Of a stretch of DNA of 46,557 nucleotides, positions 9,592 to 20,343 are shown one piece after another. Source of the DNA: Bacilli bacterium (lineage in GTDB: Bacteria; Bacillota_I; Bacilli_A; RF39; UBA660); assembly GCA_017476885.1 (NCBI GenBank), contig JAFUYX010000039.1, positions 1-46,557 on the forward strand. The letters are read 5' to 3'. Position numbers and translations under genes: made by a program. Within the stretch, counting starts at the first letter, position 1; each line of letters begins with the position of its first letter. The notes beneath the pieces were generated by a model. The model searched no databases and had not been told where the DNA came from. It worked only from the letters and a program-made list of their open reading frames with translations.

Positions 9592-11783
9592 AAAAAAGAG
9601 TTCAAAAATTTATCGCATTTACATTGATATTATGCGATTTGTTTCAAACAACAGGAGTTTATGCTTTAACAAAAGATGAGCATGTATATGTAAAATTAAA
9701 TGAACAAGGGGAAGTAAAAAATACATCTATTATAGAGCACTTGTTTGATTATGATGGAAATACGATTTATGATAAAACTTTATTGAGGGATATTAAAAAT
9801 TTGAATGGCAATGAGAATTTTACGCAGCATGAAAATGATTTGATTTGGGAAACGAAGGGAAATGATATTTATTATCAAGGAACCTATCAAGAAAATCTAC
9901 CTATTACTCTTGATGTAAAGTATTATTTGGATGATGAAGAAACAAGCATAAATGAAATGTTAGGTAAAAAAGGCCATGTTAAAATTGTTTTGACCTATAC
10001 AAATCATTTGTATAAAACTATGAATATGAATGGTCAAAATGAAAAAATTTATGTTCCATATGGGATTGTGACAACTACAATTCTGAATAATACGGATCAT
10101 AAAAATATTGAAGTGACGAATGGTAAAGTGCTTGATAATGGTGTCAGTTCTATAGTAATGGCAATTTCATCGCCAGGATTAAATGAGTCTTTAAAACTTG
10201 AAGATTTTAATGATATGAATCATGTAGAAATTCAATACGATACTGAATCTTTTGAATTGAATTCTATTTATTCAGTTGCTACAACAAATTTGTTTGATGA
10301 GAGTAATTTTGATTTGTTTGGTAGATTTAATGACTTGTATCATAGTATTAATCTATTACAGAATAATATGAATACGATTGTAGAGGCTTCTAAAAATTTA
10401 AGTGAAGGATCTAGTCAAATGGATGCTGGAATGACTGAATTGAATGCTAAAATCCAAGAATTAGTAACAAAATATCAGTCTTATAGAAATAGGGATAAAA
10501 ACGATTTAAAAGAAGAATTTATAAAAATTGTGGAAAGCAATTTAAATTCTATTACTCCTGCATTAGAGGAAGAAATTACTGCTGAAGCTAGTCGATTGAT
10601 AAAAGAGAATAAGGAGGAATTAGAAAAAGCAGTTATAGATTACGCTGGAAAAAATACAAAAGAAGTCGTAGAAAAGGAAGTTTCTAAGATTGTTTCTGAA
10701 TTAGATCTCCATCATTTGATGGAACAATCCATTCATAGTAATCTTTATCATTTCATTCAAAATGATCCTGAAATTGTTCGTTTCACTACGATGCTTCAAG
10801 AGGATTTAAAAAATGAATTAAAGCAAATTGTTTTCACTGAATTGAATGAATTTTATCAGAGTTTAGATGATCATATGTCTGAGATTCAAGAGAAGGATGT
10901 TCAATATATGATTACCAACTATGGTTTATCAGAAGAGCAAGCAAAAGAAATTGTAAGTAAAGTTCAAACCGATACATTACTTCAAGTTAAAAAAAATGTT
11001 GAGCAATCTCCTATTTTAGATCGAATTATTAGTGCCTTTCACGATGATAAGTCTGTTTCTAATTTGGTAAGTCAATATGTTACTCAATTAAATCAAAGAT
11101 TAAGTGAATCTTTGACTAAAGATGCGACAATAGCCGATTATTCCAAAGCTTTAAAGGATAAAATCATCATTTCCATCAAACAAGATTTAGAAGAAGGAAA
11201 TTTGTATTTTGAACCCAATGCAAAGGGTTATCTTTCCGGGGTTGTAGATCAAATTATTGATCGTACTTCTAAAGATTTATCAACGAAGTATACCCATGAT
11301 TATACGAATAGGATTGTAAAAAAGGTGATTCATAATCAATTTGATGAAGCAAATGTTGATTCTAAACTTAGAGAGGTACTTAATCATTATGAAAATGATC
11401 TTGATCAAAAGGTTATGGTTTTAGATGATTCCATACAAACTTTATCTGATTCATTAAATCAATTAAATGATGGCTCTAATCAACTTAGTGCTGGAATGAA
11501 TGCTCTATGGAATGGGTTAGATCAGTATAATAGGGAAGGCATTCATAAGTTAAATGGAGTGGTGAATGGAGATGTTAAAAATTTTCAACAACGTTTGGAT
11601 GCGTTGAGAAGTTTAAGCAAGGAATATCAAACGATTGATATTACTCCATCTCATTTTTCTGGTCATTCTACCATTGTTTTTATGATTGACTCTGTTGCGA
11701 AAATGAATGTGATTAAGCCTGATGTTATTAGAGAAGAGAGAAAAAGTTCTCTATGGGATAAGATTACAGGGTTATTCCAATAA
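9588..11783 (+). CDS. Secreted coiled-coil protein with YhgE/Pip-like LxxG heptad segments
   Basis: ATGA overlap with the MMPL stop. Signal peptide ending VYA-LTK. Segments LSEGSSQMDAGMTELNAKIQEL and LNDGSNQLSAGMNALWNGLDQ resemble YhgE/Pip repeats. No C-terminal TM bundle. Confidence 0.55.
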   Translation: MKKRVQKFIAFTLILCDLFQTTGVYALTKDEHVYVKLNEQGEVKNTSIIEHLFDYDGNTIYDKTLLRDIKNLNGNENFTQHENDLIWETKGNDIYYQGTYQENLPITLDVKYYLDDEETSINEMLGKKGHVKIVLTYTNHLYKTMNMNGQNEKIYVPYGIVTTTILNNTDHKNIEVTNGKVLDNGVSSIVMAISSPGLNESLKLEDFNDMNHVEIQYDTESFELNSIYSVATTNLFDESNFDLFGRFNDLYHSINLLQNNMNTIVEASKNLSEGSSQMDAGMTELNAKIQELVTKYQSYRNRDKNDLKEEFIKIVESNLNSITPALEEEITAEASRLIKENKEELEKAVIDYAGKNTKEVVEKEVSKIVSELDLHHLMEQSIHSNLYHFIQNDPEIVRFTTMLQEDLKNELKQIVFTELNEFYQSLDDHMSEIQEKDVQYMITNYGLSEEQAKEIVSKVQTDTLLQVKKNVEQSPILDRIISAFHDDKSVSNLVSQYVTQLNQRLSESLTKDATIADYSKALKDKIIISIKQDLEEGNLYFEPNAKGYLSGVVDQIIDRTSKDLSTKYTHDYTNRIVKKVIHNQFDEANVDSKLREVLNHYENDLDQKVMVLDDSIQTLSDSLNQLNDGSNQLSAGMNALWNGLDQYNREGIHKLNGVVNGDVKNFQQRLDALRSLSKEYQTIDITPSHFSGHSTIVFMIDSVAKMNVIKPDVIREERKSSLWDKITGLFQ

Positions 11784-11839
11784 GTAGTATTTGAATTTTA
11801 AAGAAAGAATGATAGGAATCCATACTTCTATTTTACATT

Positions 11840-11866
11840 AGACTAGATTATTTCTAGTCTTTTTTG
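11840..11866 (+). terminator. Rho-independent terminator
   Basis: Stem AGACTAGA/TCTAGTCT followed by TTTTT. Confidence 0.8.
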
Positions 11867-11939
11867 TTTTCAAAGGGATTGTAATGGCTAGTGATTTTGA
11901 AGCATATTTGATATACTCTTTTTAGGAGGTAGAGGTTGA

Positions 11940-12329
11940 ATGGCTCGTATTTCTTCAGGAATAAGATTGGATTCTAATTTTTTGAATCTGAAAGCAATGG
12001 ATAAAAGTGAAATTAGAAAGGAAATACCGGAATTACTGGTAGAGAAGGAATTGATTCTATCCGCATTTAAAACGGTTCGAGATCAAGTGATATTTACAAA
12101 TAAAAGAATTTTTGTGGTGAATGTTCAAGGGATTACTGGGAAAAAGATTTCGTATTTTTCATATCCCTATTCTAAAGTTCAGTACTATGGAATCGAAACC
12201 GCTGGTCTTGTTGATATCGATAGTGAATTATTCTTAAGATTTATGGATGGGACAATTTTACAATTTGATTTTAAAACAAGTGTCAATATTAAAGAAATTC
12301 ATCAACTATTATCTGATTCTATTTTATAA
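11940..12329 (+). CDS. Bacterial PH-domain protein (bPH_1 / YvbH-like)
   Basis: RDQVIFTNKRIFVVNVQGITGKKISYFSYPYSKV matches the YvbH-family core. GGAGGTAGAGG RBS. Confidence 0.6.
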   Translation: MARISSGIRLDSNFLNLKAMDKSEIRKEIPELLVEKELILSAFKTVRDQVIFTNKRIFVVNVQGITGKKISYFSYPYSKVQYYGIETAGLVDIDSELFLRFMDGTILQFDFKTSVNIKEIHQLLSDSIL

Positions 12330-12426
12330 TAAAACTATGGGTTTAAAGATTTTGCAATGATATTTATCTGTTATTGCAAGTATTTTTGATTTTTGATGCC
12401 TGTTTTATGAGAAAGGATTGTTGTCG

Positions 12427-13275
12427 ATGAAAGAGAATCATTTAATTTTGGTAACGGCTTGTTTCAATTTTATTTCTGCGTCTTTAAAAATGATACTAGG
12501 GATAGGTTTTTCATTTTCTACTTTAATTGCTGATTCGATTCAATCTTTTTTAGATTTCATTACGGATATTATTAGTTTATTAGTGAATAAAATCGGCAAA
12601 AAAAGAGCGAACAAAACTTATCCTTTTGGCTATGGACAAGTGTATTATTTATCTAATATTTTGACTGGGGTTTTATTGCTGCTTATTGGAATTTTTATTG
12701 TGTATCAGTTTTTTACTTTACATCATAAGTTTGTTCCCAATGGTATTATTTTGCTAGGATTAATTGTAGTATTATTCATTAAAGGAATTGTTATTTTTTT
12801 GATAAAGCGGTATGTGAATAGTACTAAGAGTGAATTTTTTATTGAAGCTTATAAAGAATCTACTACGGATTTTATTTCTACCTGTGTCGTTATGGTAGTC
12901 CTTATATTGTCTTTTTTTGAAGACTATATTCCAAGTTTTATAAATCTTGATAAGATTGGTAGTATTGGTATGGCTATTTATATCTTTTATACTTCAATTA
13001 AAATGATTGTTTCTAATATTCGTGGAATCCTTACTAATGATGAGGGCAATGAGAAACTGAAAGAGATTATTAGAGAAGAACTAGAACAGTTGAAATCTTT
13101 TCGAATAGAGAACATTAAAGTGATTAAGATGTCTTATTATTATAGTGTTTTTTTACAAATTGATGTAAACAATAATATTCGAATTAAAGATTTTTTAAAA
13201 ATTGAAAAAAAGATTAAGAAACGTTTGAAAGAAATCGATAAAGCTATTAAATATATCGATGTAGAACCATTCTAG
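12427..13275 (+). CDS. Cation diffusion facilitator (CDF) family efflux transporter
   Basis: Six TM helices. ADSIQSFLDFITD motif in TM2. C-terminal cytoplasmic domain. The ATG at 12427 follows a GAAAGGA RBS. Confidence 0.75.
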   Translation: MKENHLILVTACFNFISASLKMILGIGFSFSTLIADSIQSFLDFITDIISLLVNKIGKKRANKTYPFGYGQVYYLSNILTGVLLLLIGIFIVYQFFTLHHKFVPNGIILLGLIVVLFIKGIVIFLIKRYVNSTKSEFFIEAYKESTTDFISTCVVMVVLILSFFEDYIPSFINLDKIGSIGMAIYIFYTSIKMIVSNIRGILTNDEGNEKLKEIIREELEQLKSFRIENIKVIKMSYYYSVFLQIDVNNNIRIKDFLKIEKKIKKRLKEIDKAIKYIDVEPF

Positions 13276-13283
13276 AAGAAGTT

Positions 13284-15893
13284 ATGGAGGAAAGTATGTA
13301 TTATAATGAAGATGTAGAAACTGTATTAAAGAAGTTAGATTCTAGTGAAAGTGGGCTTTTGCTAAAAGAAGTGGATAATCGGTTAAAAAAAGATGGAAAA
13401 AATATTTTGCCACATAAGAATCGACCTTCATGGTTTGAATTGTATTTGAAAGAGTTTCAATCTCCGATTGAATTAATCTTAGTTTTTACAGTGATTGTTT
13501 CATTTGCTGTTGGTGAAATAGTGGATGCCTTTGTGATTTTATTTATTATTTTAGTGGATACCATCATGGGTGCATTTCAAGAAAATAAAGCTTTAAAATC
13601 CGTAGAGAGTTTAAATAATATGATAAAAAGCAAAAGCAAGGTTTTAAGGGATGGAAAAGAGTATTTGATTGATTCAGAATTGATTGTTGTAGGAGATATT
13701 TTACTTTTAGAGAGTGGAGATCGTATCAATGCAGACGCTAGAATTGTAGAGTCTACAAATTTGCAAGTAGATGAATCTGTATTAACTGGAGAAAGTCTTC
13801 ATGTTCAAAAAAATAATCAAGTATTGAGTGATAATACTATTTTAGCAGAGAGAAAAAATATGCTTTATGCGGGGTGTAGTGTGATTACAGGGAGAGCTTT
13901 AGCTGTAGTTGTTTCTACTGGAATTCAAACTGAAATTGGGAAAATTTTTACACAAGTGGTTGATACGGAAGAGGAAAAGACTCCTCTAACTATTCGAATG
14001 GAAAAATTTTCTAAGCAAATTAGTATCATTATTATTCTGGTTTCTATTGTTTCAGCCATTATTTTATATGTAAATGGTCAGAATCCAAGCAGTATTTTTT
14101 TGTCTGTTGTGGCTTTGGCAATATCTGCTATGCCTGAGGGGCTTCCTCTTGCTTTAACGATGGCTTTAACGATTGCTTCTAATAAAATGAGCAAGAAAAA
14201 TGTAATTGTAAAAAATTTAAGTTCGGTAGAAGCATTAGGAAGTTGTACTGTGATTGCTAGTGATAAAACAGGAACTCTTACTGTAAACGAACAAACTGCT
14301 CGGAAAATTGTATTAAAGAATGGAGAAACGATTGAAGTCACTGGGATAGGATATAATGATAATGGGAAAGTATTGATTAAAGATGAGCGCTTCAAAGATG
14401 AGGTTACTCAGATTATTCATCTTTGTGCTTTTAATAATGAAGCAACATTTGAAAAAAAAGGAAATCAATTTGAATATTTTGGAGATTCGATTGATATTGC
14501 ATTTTTAGCTTTGAAAGAAAAATATGGTACTTCCTTTAGTTATGTTCAAGAAAAAATGATTTCTTATGAATCAGAAAAGCAATATTCAGCTGTTTTTTAT
14601 AAAGATAATGGAAGATTAAAATGTTGTGTGAAAGGGTCTTTGGAAAAGGTGATGTCTTTTTCTGAAAAGAAACAGGAATATGTGTCTCAAAATGAAAAAT
14701 TGTCTGAAGAAGGGTATCGAGTTATTGCTGTTTGTGATGGATTTGTAGATGGCATGGATGAGAGAGATATTAAAAATCTTGATTTTTTGGGGATGGTTGC
14801 TTTTATTGATCCAGTAAGAAAAGAAGTGAAGAAATCTATTAAGGAATGTCAACAGGCGGGTATTAAAGTCATTATGATTACGGGAGATCATCCTACAACG
14901 GCATTCACTATTGCAAAGGATTTAAATTTAGCAGTAGATAAAGATGAAGTAATTACGGGGATGAAATTAGATGAAATCTATGCAAAAGGGGAAGAGTACT
15001 TTGATGAATGCATCAAACATAAAAAGGTCTTTTCAAGAGTGACTCCAACAGACAAATTAAGAATTGTTAAGTCTTTAAAAAGAACTGGTGAATTTGTTGC
15101 TGTTACTGGGGATGGGGTGAATGATGCTCCGGCTATAAAATCTGCTAATATTGGAGTTGCTATGGGAAGTGGAACGGATGTGGCGATTGACACTGCCGAT
15201 TTAATTATTTTAGATGATGATTTTACCTCTTTAGTTGAAGGAATCAAAGAAGGTAGAGTGGCTTATTCAAACATTAGAAAAATTGTTTTGTTTTTACTTT
15301 CTTGTGGAATAGCTGAGATTTTGTTTTATTTGTTTGCCGTTTGTTTTGGATATGAATTACCATTGGTTGCCATTCAATTATTATGGATTAATATTGTTAC
15401 CGATGGGCTTCAAGATATGGCTTTATCTTTTGAAAAAGAGAGCAGCGATATTATGAAAGAAAGACCAAGGAGTACGAAAGAATCGCTATTTAATCGGGAT
15501 TTAATGATTGAAGTAGGTGTTTATGGTTTTACGATTTCATTTATGATATTTTTTGTATGGAAATACTTGATGGATCATCAAACAAATATTTTTTTTGCGC
15601 GTAGTATTATCATGTTAATTATGGTCGGAATTCAAAACTTTCATGTTTTAAACTGTAGAAGTGAAAAGAATAGTGTATTTGCTACATCTCTTATGAGTAA
15701 TCCGTTGATTTTGTATACTATTATAGGTTCGATTTTATTACAATTCCTTGTCATTTTTATTCCAGTATTTTCTAAGTTTTTGAAAATTACTATATTACCA
15801 ATTGACACTATTTTGGCTAGCCTTGTTTTTTCTCTAGTTATCATTGTGGTTGCAGAATTATATAAATTTGTTTATCGAATGGTGAAACAATAA
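13284..15893 (+). CDS. P2-type cation-transporting ATPase (Ca2+-ATPase-like)
   Basis: Cation_ATPase_N-like N-terminus. TGES, DKTGTLT and TGDGVNDAPA motifs. PEGLP in TM4. 869 aa. Confidence 0.9.
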   Translation: MEESMYYNEDVETVLKKLDSSESGLLLKEVDNRLKKDGKNILPHKNRPSWFELYLKEFQSPIELILVFTVIVSFAVGEIVDAFVILFIILVDTIMGAFQENKALKSVESLNNMIKSKSKVLRDGKEYLIDSELIVVGDILLLESGDRINADARIVESTNLQVDESVLTGESLHVQKNNQVLSDNTILAERKNMLYAGCSVITGRALAVVVSTGIQTEIGKIFTQVVDTEEEKTPLTIRMEKFSKQISIIIILVSIVSAIILYVNGQNPSSIFLSVVALAISAMPEGLPLALTMALTIASNKMSKKNVIVKNLSSVEALGSCTVIASDKTGTLTVNEQTARKIVLKNGETIEVTGIGYNDNGKVLIKDERFKDEVTQIIHLCAFNNEATFEKKGNQFEYFGDSIDIAFLALKEKYGTSFSYVQEKMISYESEKQYSAVFYKDNGRLKCCVKGSLEKVMSFSEKKQEYVSQNEKLSEEGYRVIAVCDGFVDGMDERDIKNLDFLGMVAFIDPVRKEVKKSIKECQQAGIKVIMITGDHPTTAFTIAKDLNLAVDKDEVITGMKLDEIYAKGEEYFDECIKHKKVFSRVTPTDKLRIVKSLKRTGEFVAVTGDGVNDAPAIKSANIGVAMGSGTDVAIDTADLIILDDDFTSLVEGIKEGRVAYSNIRKIVLFLLSCGIAEILFYLFAVCFGYELPLVAIQLLWINIVTDGLQDMALSFEKESSDIMKERPRSTKESLFNRDLMIEVGVYGFTISFMIFFVWKYLMDHQTNIFFARSIIMLIMVGIQNFHVLNCRSEKNSVFATSLMSNPLILYTIIGSILLQFLVIFIPVFSKFLKITILPIDTILASLVFSLVIIVVAELYKFVYRMVKQ

Positions 15894-16189
15894 TGCCACT
15901 CTTTATAAACTATTACTACTAGAGTATGGTAAATATTTCATTTTCTTTTAAAGACTAGAATTTTCTAGTTTTTTTCTAATTTTTTCGTATCAATTTTTTC
16001 GATTCCTTTATTGGCTTTGATAACTCATGATTCTGTTTATATCTAATACTTCCCATATCTTTATTATTATAAATATTGGTGGATTGATTAGAATATTATA
16101 AAATGATGAAAATATAATGAACTAGGGATTTTGTTATTTTACTAGAGAATTCTATTATTATTTGATATAGTATTTGGGAGGTGAGAATT

Positions 16190-17137
16190 GTGAAAGTAGT
16201 TGTATTAGGTGGAGGAACGGGTGCTTCTACTTTATTAAGAGGGTTAAAACTATTTCCATTGGATATTACGGCCGTGATTTCTGTTGCAGATGATGGAAGA
16301 AGTACTGGTAAATTGAGAAAAGAATTTCATACGATTGCGGTTGGAGATATAAGACAAGTGATTACTGCTCTTTCTGATACGGAGCCTCTGTTTGAAAAGT
16401 TGATGAATTATCGTTTTCAAACGACTTCTGATTTAAATGGACATCCGGTAGGAAATCTATTACTTACTGCACTTTTAAATATTCAAGGGAATATGTCTAC
16501 GGGAATTCAATCTCTATCAAAAGTTTTTAATTTGAAAGGGAGAGTACTTCCTTTAACGGAAGAAAGTGTTACGTTAAAAGCAAAAATGAATGATAATACG
16601 ATTATCGTTGGGGAACATCATATTACAGAATCTCATAAGGGAATTAAAAAAATCTCTTATACCAGTATGGTTCATACCAATCCTTACGTTTTAGAAGCAA
16701 TTCGAGGTACAGATTTAATTATTTTATCCATGGGAAGTTTATATACTTCTTTGATTCCTAATTTAATTCCGAATGATATGAAAAAAGCATTGAAAGAATC
16801 TAAAGCAAAGATTATGTATGTTTGCAATATGATGACTCAGCCAGGTGAAACTGATGATTTTAAGGCTTCGGACCATATTAAAGTGATTAATGAGTATTTA
16901 AAACGAAATGTGGATATTATTGTTGTAAATGATGGGGAGATTGAAAGTAAAATTATTCAAAAATATAAGACAGAAGAACAAAAAGATAAGGTCCTTTTTG
17001 ATCAAGAAAATTTAGAGAAACTAAATCTTGAGATTATTCATAATAATTATGTGGATACTTCCAGTGGAGTTTTAAGACATAAAGTAGATAAACTATCTTT
17101 AGATATCTATGGGTATATGATTGATCATATAAGGTAG
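16190..17137 (+). CDS. yvcK: YvcK/CofD-like gluconeogenesis factor (UPF0052)
   Basis: VVLGGGTGASTLLRGLK N-terminus and SVADDGRSTGKLR. The GTG at 16190 lies 8 nt after GGGAGG. An in-frame GTG at 16181 is an alternative start. Confidence 0.8.
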   Translation: MKVVVLGGGTGASTLLRGLKLFPLDITAVISVADDGRSTGKLRKEFHTIAVGDIRQVITALSDTEPLFEKLMNYRFQTTSDLNGHPVGNLLLTALLNIQGNMSTGIQSLSKVFNLKGRVLPLTEESVTLKAKMNDNTIIVGEHHITESHKGIKKISYTSMVHTNPYVLEAIRGTDLIILSMGSLYTSLIPNLIPNDMKKALKESKAKIMYVCNMMTQPGETDDFKASDHIKVINEYLKRNVDIIVVNDGEIESKIIQKYKTEEQKDKVLFDQENLEKLNLEIIHNNYVDTSSGVLRHKVDKLSLDIYGYMIDHIR

Positions 17138-17214
17138 ATAAAATGTTATGGTTTATTATAAAACTTTTTAGAGGAATTAAAAAAGAACTTTCAAGGAAGA
17201 GGAATTTTGAGATG

Positions 17215-18441
17215 TCAGTGTTTTCTCTTCTTTGAGGTTCTTTTCTTTTTTCTTAAATGATGGATGATAATTATGGTTAGTGATATTACCACGAATAATA
17301 TCGGTATTAAATATATGCCATATTTTTGAATGATTTTTTGGATGCTCAATTTGATTTCACTCTTTAATATGACTTCTTCATTTTTTATTACTTCGTCTTT
17401 GTAGGAGTAAATAATAGTTCCTATTTTTTCTCCTTTTTGATTTTTATAACTCAATTCATTTAGACCATGATATTCTATTTTTAGATTGTTGATGTCGTAG
17501 TCACTTGGGAGGTATTTTTTGATGTTTTCCTGAGCATAGATGGGGTATGTTTCTTCTTCACTGAATTTGATAGGAATATTAGCAATAAGCGTTCCTTCTG
17601 AAACAAGGGTTTCTTCTTTGTAGTTTTGATTTAAAAAGTGAATTAAGTCTATCGAATCGGAGATGTTATAATAATTTGTTCCTATTTTTGGGGCATTGAG
17701 TACAAGTATTATGATTTGATGACCATTGATGTTACTTAGGGTAGATAAACAGTAACCTGCTTGATTTGTAAAGCCTGATTTACTTCCTTGGATGGGCGAT
17801 AAATCTATATCCATGTTTTTAGAATACGTATATAAGGTTGTTTTCAGTGTTTTTCCATTTGTCATTGTATATTCTCTAGTTGTATAGATTTTTTGAAATA
17901 ATGGGTTTTTAAGAGCATATTCTAATAGTTTTCTGATTTCATCGGCAGTGGAGTAGTGATTTTCATTATCAAGGCCGGTTACATTTATAAAATGAGTGTT
18001 TTCTAAGCCAATTCTTTTTACTAAGTCATTCATTTTACTAACAAAATTCTCAATGGAGCCACTGCTTTGTATTGCTAGAGCATTGGTCGCATCAGCTCCA
18101 CTTGGCAGCATCGAAGCATACAGCAAGTCTTTGTAGGTTAGGCGGTCTCCTGCTCTTAATCCTGCGGTAGAAGCTTCAACATCAACGGTTCTTAATATTT
18201 CAGGTGTAATTATTACTTCTTCCTCTAAATTTTCAATGTTTTCAATGGCTGTAATCGTGGTGGCAATTTTGGTTAAGGAGGCAATTGAAATGACATCTTT
18301 CGCATTTTTTTCGTATAATATTTTTTGGTCATTGAAATCATATATTTCGATTACTTTTGAATTTAAGTTTGGATATTCTAAAGCGCTTATTCGTATTGGA
18401 ATCCATGTGCATAGTATTATCAATAATATTTTTTTCTTCAT
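17215..18441 (-). CDS. D-alanyl-D-alanine carboxypeptidase (S11 low-MW PBP) with C-terminal membrane anchor
   Basis: Signal peptide. SxxK (SLTK), SGAD (in place of SxN) and KSG motifs. C-terminal TM helix followed by a basic tail. Confidence 0.85.
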   Translation of the reverse strand: MKKKILLIILCTWIPIRISALEYPNLNSKVIEIYDFNDQKILYEKNAKDVISIASLTKIATTITAIENIENLEEEVIITPEILRTVDVEASTAGLRAGDRLTYKDLLYASMLPSGADATNALAIQSSGSIENFVSKMNDLVKRIGLENTHFINVTGLDNENHYSTADEIRKLLEYALKNPLFQKIYTTREYTMTNGKTLKTTLYTYSKNMDIDLSPIQGSKSGFTNQAGYCLSTLSNINGHQIIILVLNAPKIGTNYYNISDSIDLIHFLNQNYKEETLVSEGTLIANIPIKFSEEETYPIYAQENIKKYLPSDYDINNLKIEYHGLNELSYKNQKGEKIGTIIYSYKDEVIKNEEVILKSEIKLSIQKIIQKYGIYLIPILFVVISLTIIIIHHLRKKKRTSKKRKH

Positions 18442-18573
18442 CTGAAACTACCTTCTTATACGATTATAGCATATCTTTTGTATAATCGGATAAGAAATCA
18501 TTGCTTTCACATTAAAAGCAAGACAGAGAAATGGCTTTGTGGTATAATAGAGTTGTTTAAAGGATGGGATATT

Positions 18574-19029
18574 ATGAGTAGATGGTTTGTTAGAGGTAAA
18601 ATAGTTTTTGTTGTATTGATTTTTCTCTTTATTAGTGGATGTCAAAGCCAAAATTTATCTACGAGTGATTCCAATCATTTTAATGAAAGGAGTAAACTTA
18701 TGAAAATTGAAATAAATGGTGTGAAGTATGATATGACTTTAGAGAATAATGATACGGTTCAATCTTTGTTAGAATTGATTCCTTTAGAATTTGAGATGCA
18801 AGACCTCCATGGGAATGAAAAATTTGTTTATTTGAATACTAATCTTCCTATGAATTCCAGTAGAATTGGAAGGATTCATAAAGGGGATGTTATGTTATAT
18901 CAAGATAATTGTTTTGTTATTTTTTATAAAGATTTTGAAACTACTTATTCTTATACGAAAATTGGTACGATTTCTAATCTCCCTGATTTGGATCAAGACT
19001 CGATTCATGTGTCCTTGACCGATTCATAA
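18574..19029 (+). CDS. Lipoprotein with a cyclophilin-like domain
   Basis: The internal ATG follows an AAAGGA RBS. Lipobox FISG-C. The C-terminal MKIEINGVKY...GDVMLYQDNCFVIFY pattern matches cyclophilin-like fold proteins. An extended -10 (TGGTATAAT) lies upstream. Confidence 0.6.
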   Translation: MSRWFVRGKIVFVVLIFLFISGCQSQNLSTSDSNHFNERSKLMKIEINGVKYDMTLENNDTVQSLLELIPLEFEMQDLHGNEKFVYLNTNLPMNSSRIGRIHKGDVMLYQDNCFVIFYKDFETTYSYTKIGTISNLPDLDQDSIHVSLTDS

Positions 19030-19114
19030 TTTATTTTTTTATCTAGAAATCGAGCATAGGAGTCTATGTCTTACTTGCAAAAAGAGTCGGATGGGATTTC
19101 TTTTTTTCTGTCGT

Positions 19115-19141
19115 AAGTTCTTTTCAAAAGAACTTTTATTT
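19115..19141 (+). terminator. Rho-independent terminator
   Basis: Stem AAGTTCT/AGAACTT followed by TTTATTTT. Confidence 0.7.
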
Positions 19142-19209
19142 TATTAAAATTAATGTTATAATCTATAAGAAAGAGTATTTAACATACTTGTAAAAAGGGA
19201 GAGATAATA

Positions 19210-20343
19210 ATGATTGCATTAAGTATTGGAAAAACTAATTTTGATGTCACTATTCCTGTTGAGTCTTATCCTCAGGAAAATACTAAGATAACTGTTTCAG
19301 AAAAGATAGAGAGTAGTGGAGGGGGTGCTTTTAATGTCGCTTATCTGCTTGGAAAATGGAATGTAGAAACCTATTTTGCAGGAGTTGTTGGATATGATGA
19401 TTATGGGTCAACGATAAAAAAAGATTTGGATGGCCTTGGCGTTCATACTACTTTTTTAGAGACCAATTATGAAAAGAAAACGGCTACTACGTTTATTTTA
19501 AATAATAAGGCTACAACATCTAGAACTCAGATTCGAATTGAACCCGAGGTATATCATATGAAAAAGTATGAATATGATTTTATGGCAGGGGTGATTTATT
19601 CTGATGGGTATGAGTACTCTGCTACGATGGCAGCGATTAATAAATTTCCAAATGTACCTGTGATTTTAGGAGCGGGGTTAAATTATGGAGATTATAAAGA
19701 AATTGTAGCCCTTGCTAAATTTGCTAAATATATTATTTTTTCTCTAGAATTTGCAGAGTCTATTACTAAAGTAAAAGTCAATGTGGAAGATCCAGAGTCC
19801 TTATTAAATTTATATAAGAAATTAAAGGAATCATTTATTAGTAATGAGGTTATTGTGACCTTGAAATCTAATGGGGTTTTATATGCTGTAAATGATAATG
19901 TTCAATATATGCCTACGATTCAAGTTCAGGAAGTGGATAGAACTGGTGCGGGAGATGTTTTTGATGGAGCGTTTACCTATGCTATTTCTAAGGGATATGA
20001 TATTGAGAAGTGTATGAGAATTGCTAATATTGCTGCTGGCCTTTCTACTACGAAAGTAGGAGCTAAAACGGCGATTCCAATTTTATCCGATGTTATTAAT
20101 TATTATGAAAGTAAATTTGGACCTATTGATGCTGTAGAACAACAACAGTCAACTACTCCTCAAGAAAATCCTACTCCGGTAAATGTTTCTCCAGGTCAAG
20201 AAGTTTCTTCTCCAATACAAAATCCCACTATGAACCCTGAGAGTACGCCTATGAATTCTTCTAATGCAACTACTCAAACGGTTGTAAATCAACCTAATAT
20301 GGCGAATACCTCTATTGAAGGGCAGTCTTCTACACCACAATGA
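19210..20343 (+). CDS. PfkB-family carbohydrate kinase with a low-complexity C-terminal tail
   Basis: SSGGGAFNVA and the DRTGAGDVFDGAF PfkB signature. The last roughly 75 aa are rich in P/Q/S/T/N. Confidence 0.75.
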   Translation: MIALSIGKTNFDVTIPVESYPQENTKITVSEKIESSGGGAFNVAYLLGKWNVETYFAGVVGYDDYGSTIKKDLDGLGVHTTFLETNYEKKTATTFILNNKATTSRTQIRIEPEVYHMKKYEYDFMAGVIYSDGYEYSATMAAINKFPNVPVILGAGLNYGDYKEIVALAKFAKYIIFSLEFAESITKVKVNVEDPESLLNLYKKLKESFISNEVIVTLKSNGVLYAVNDNVQYMPTIQVQEVDRTGAGDVFDGAFTYAISKGYDIEKCMRIANIAAGLSTTKVGAKTAIPILSDVINYYESKFGPIDAVEQQQSTTPQENPTPVNVSPGQEVSSPIQNPTMNPESTPMNSSNATTQTVVNQPNMANTSIEGQSSTPQ

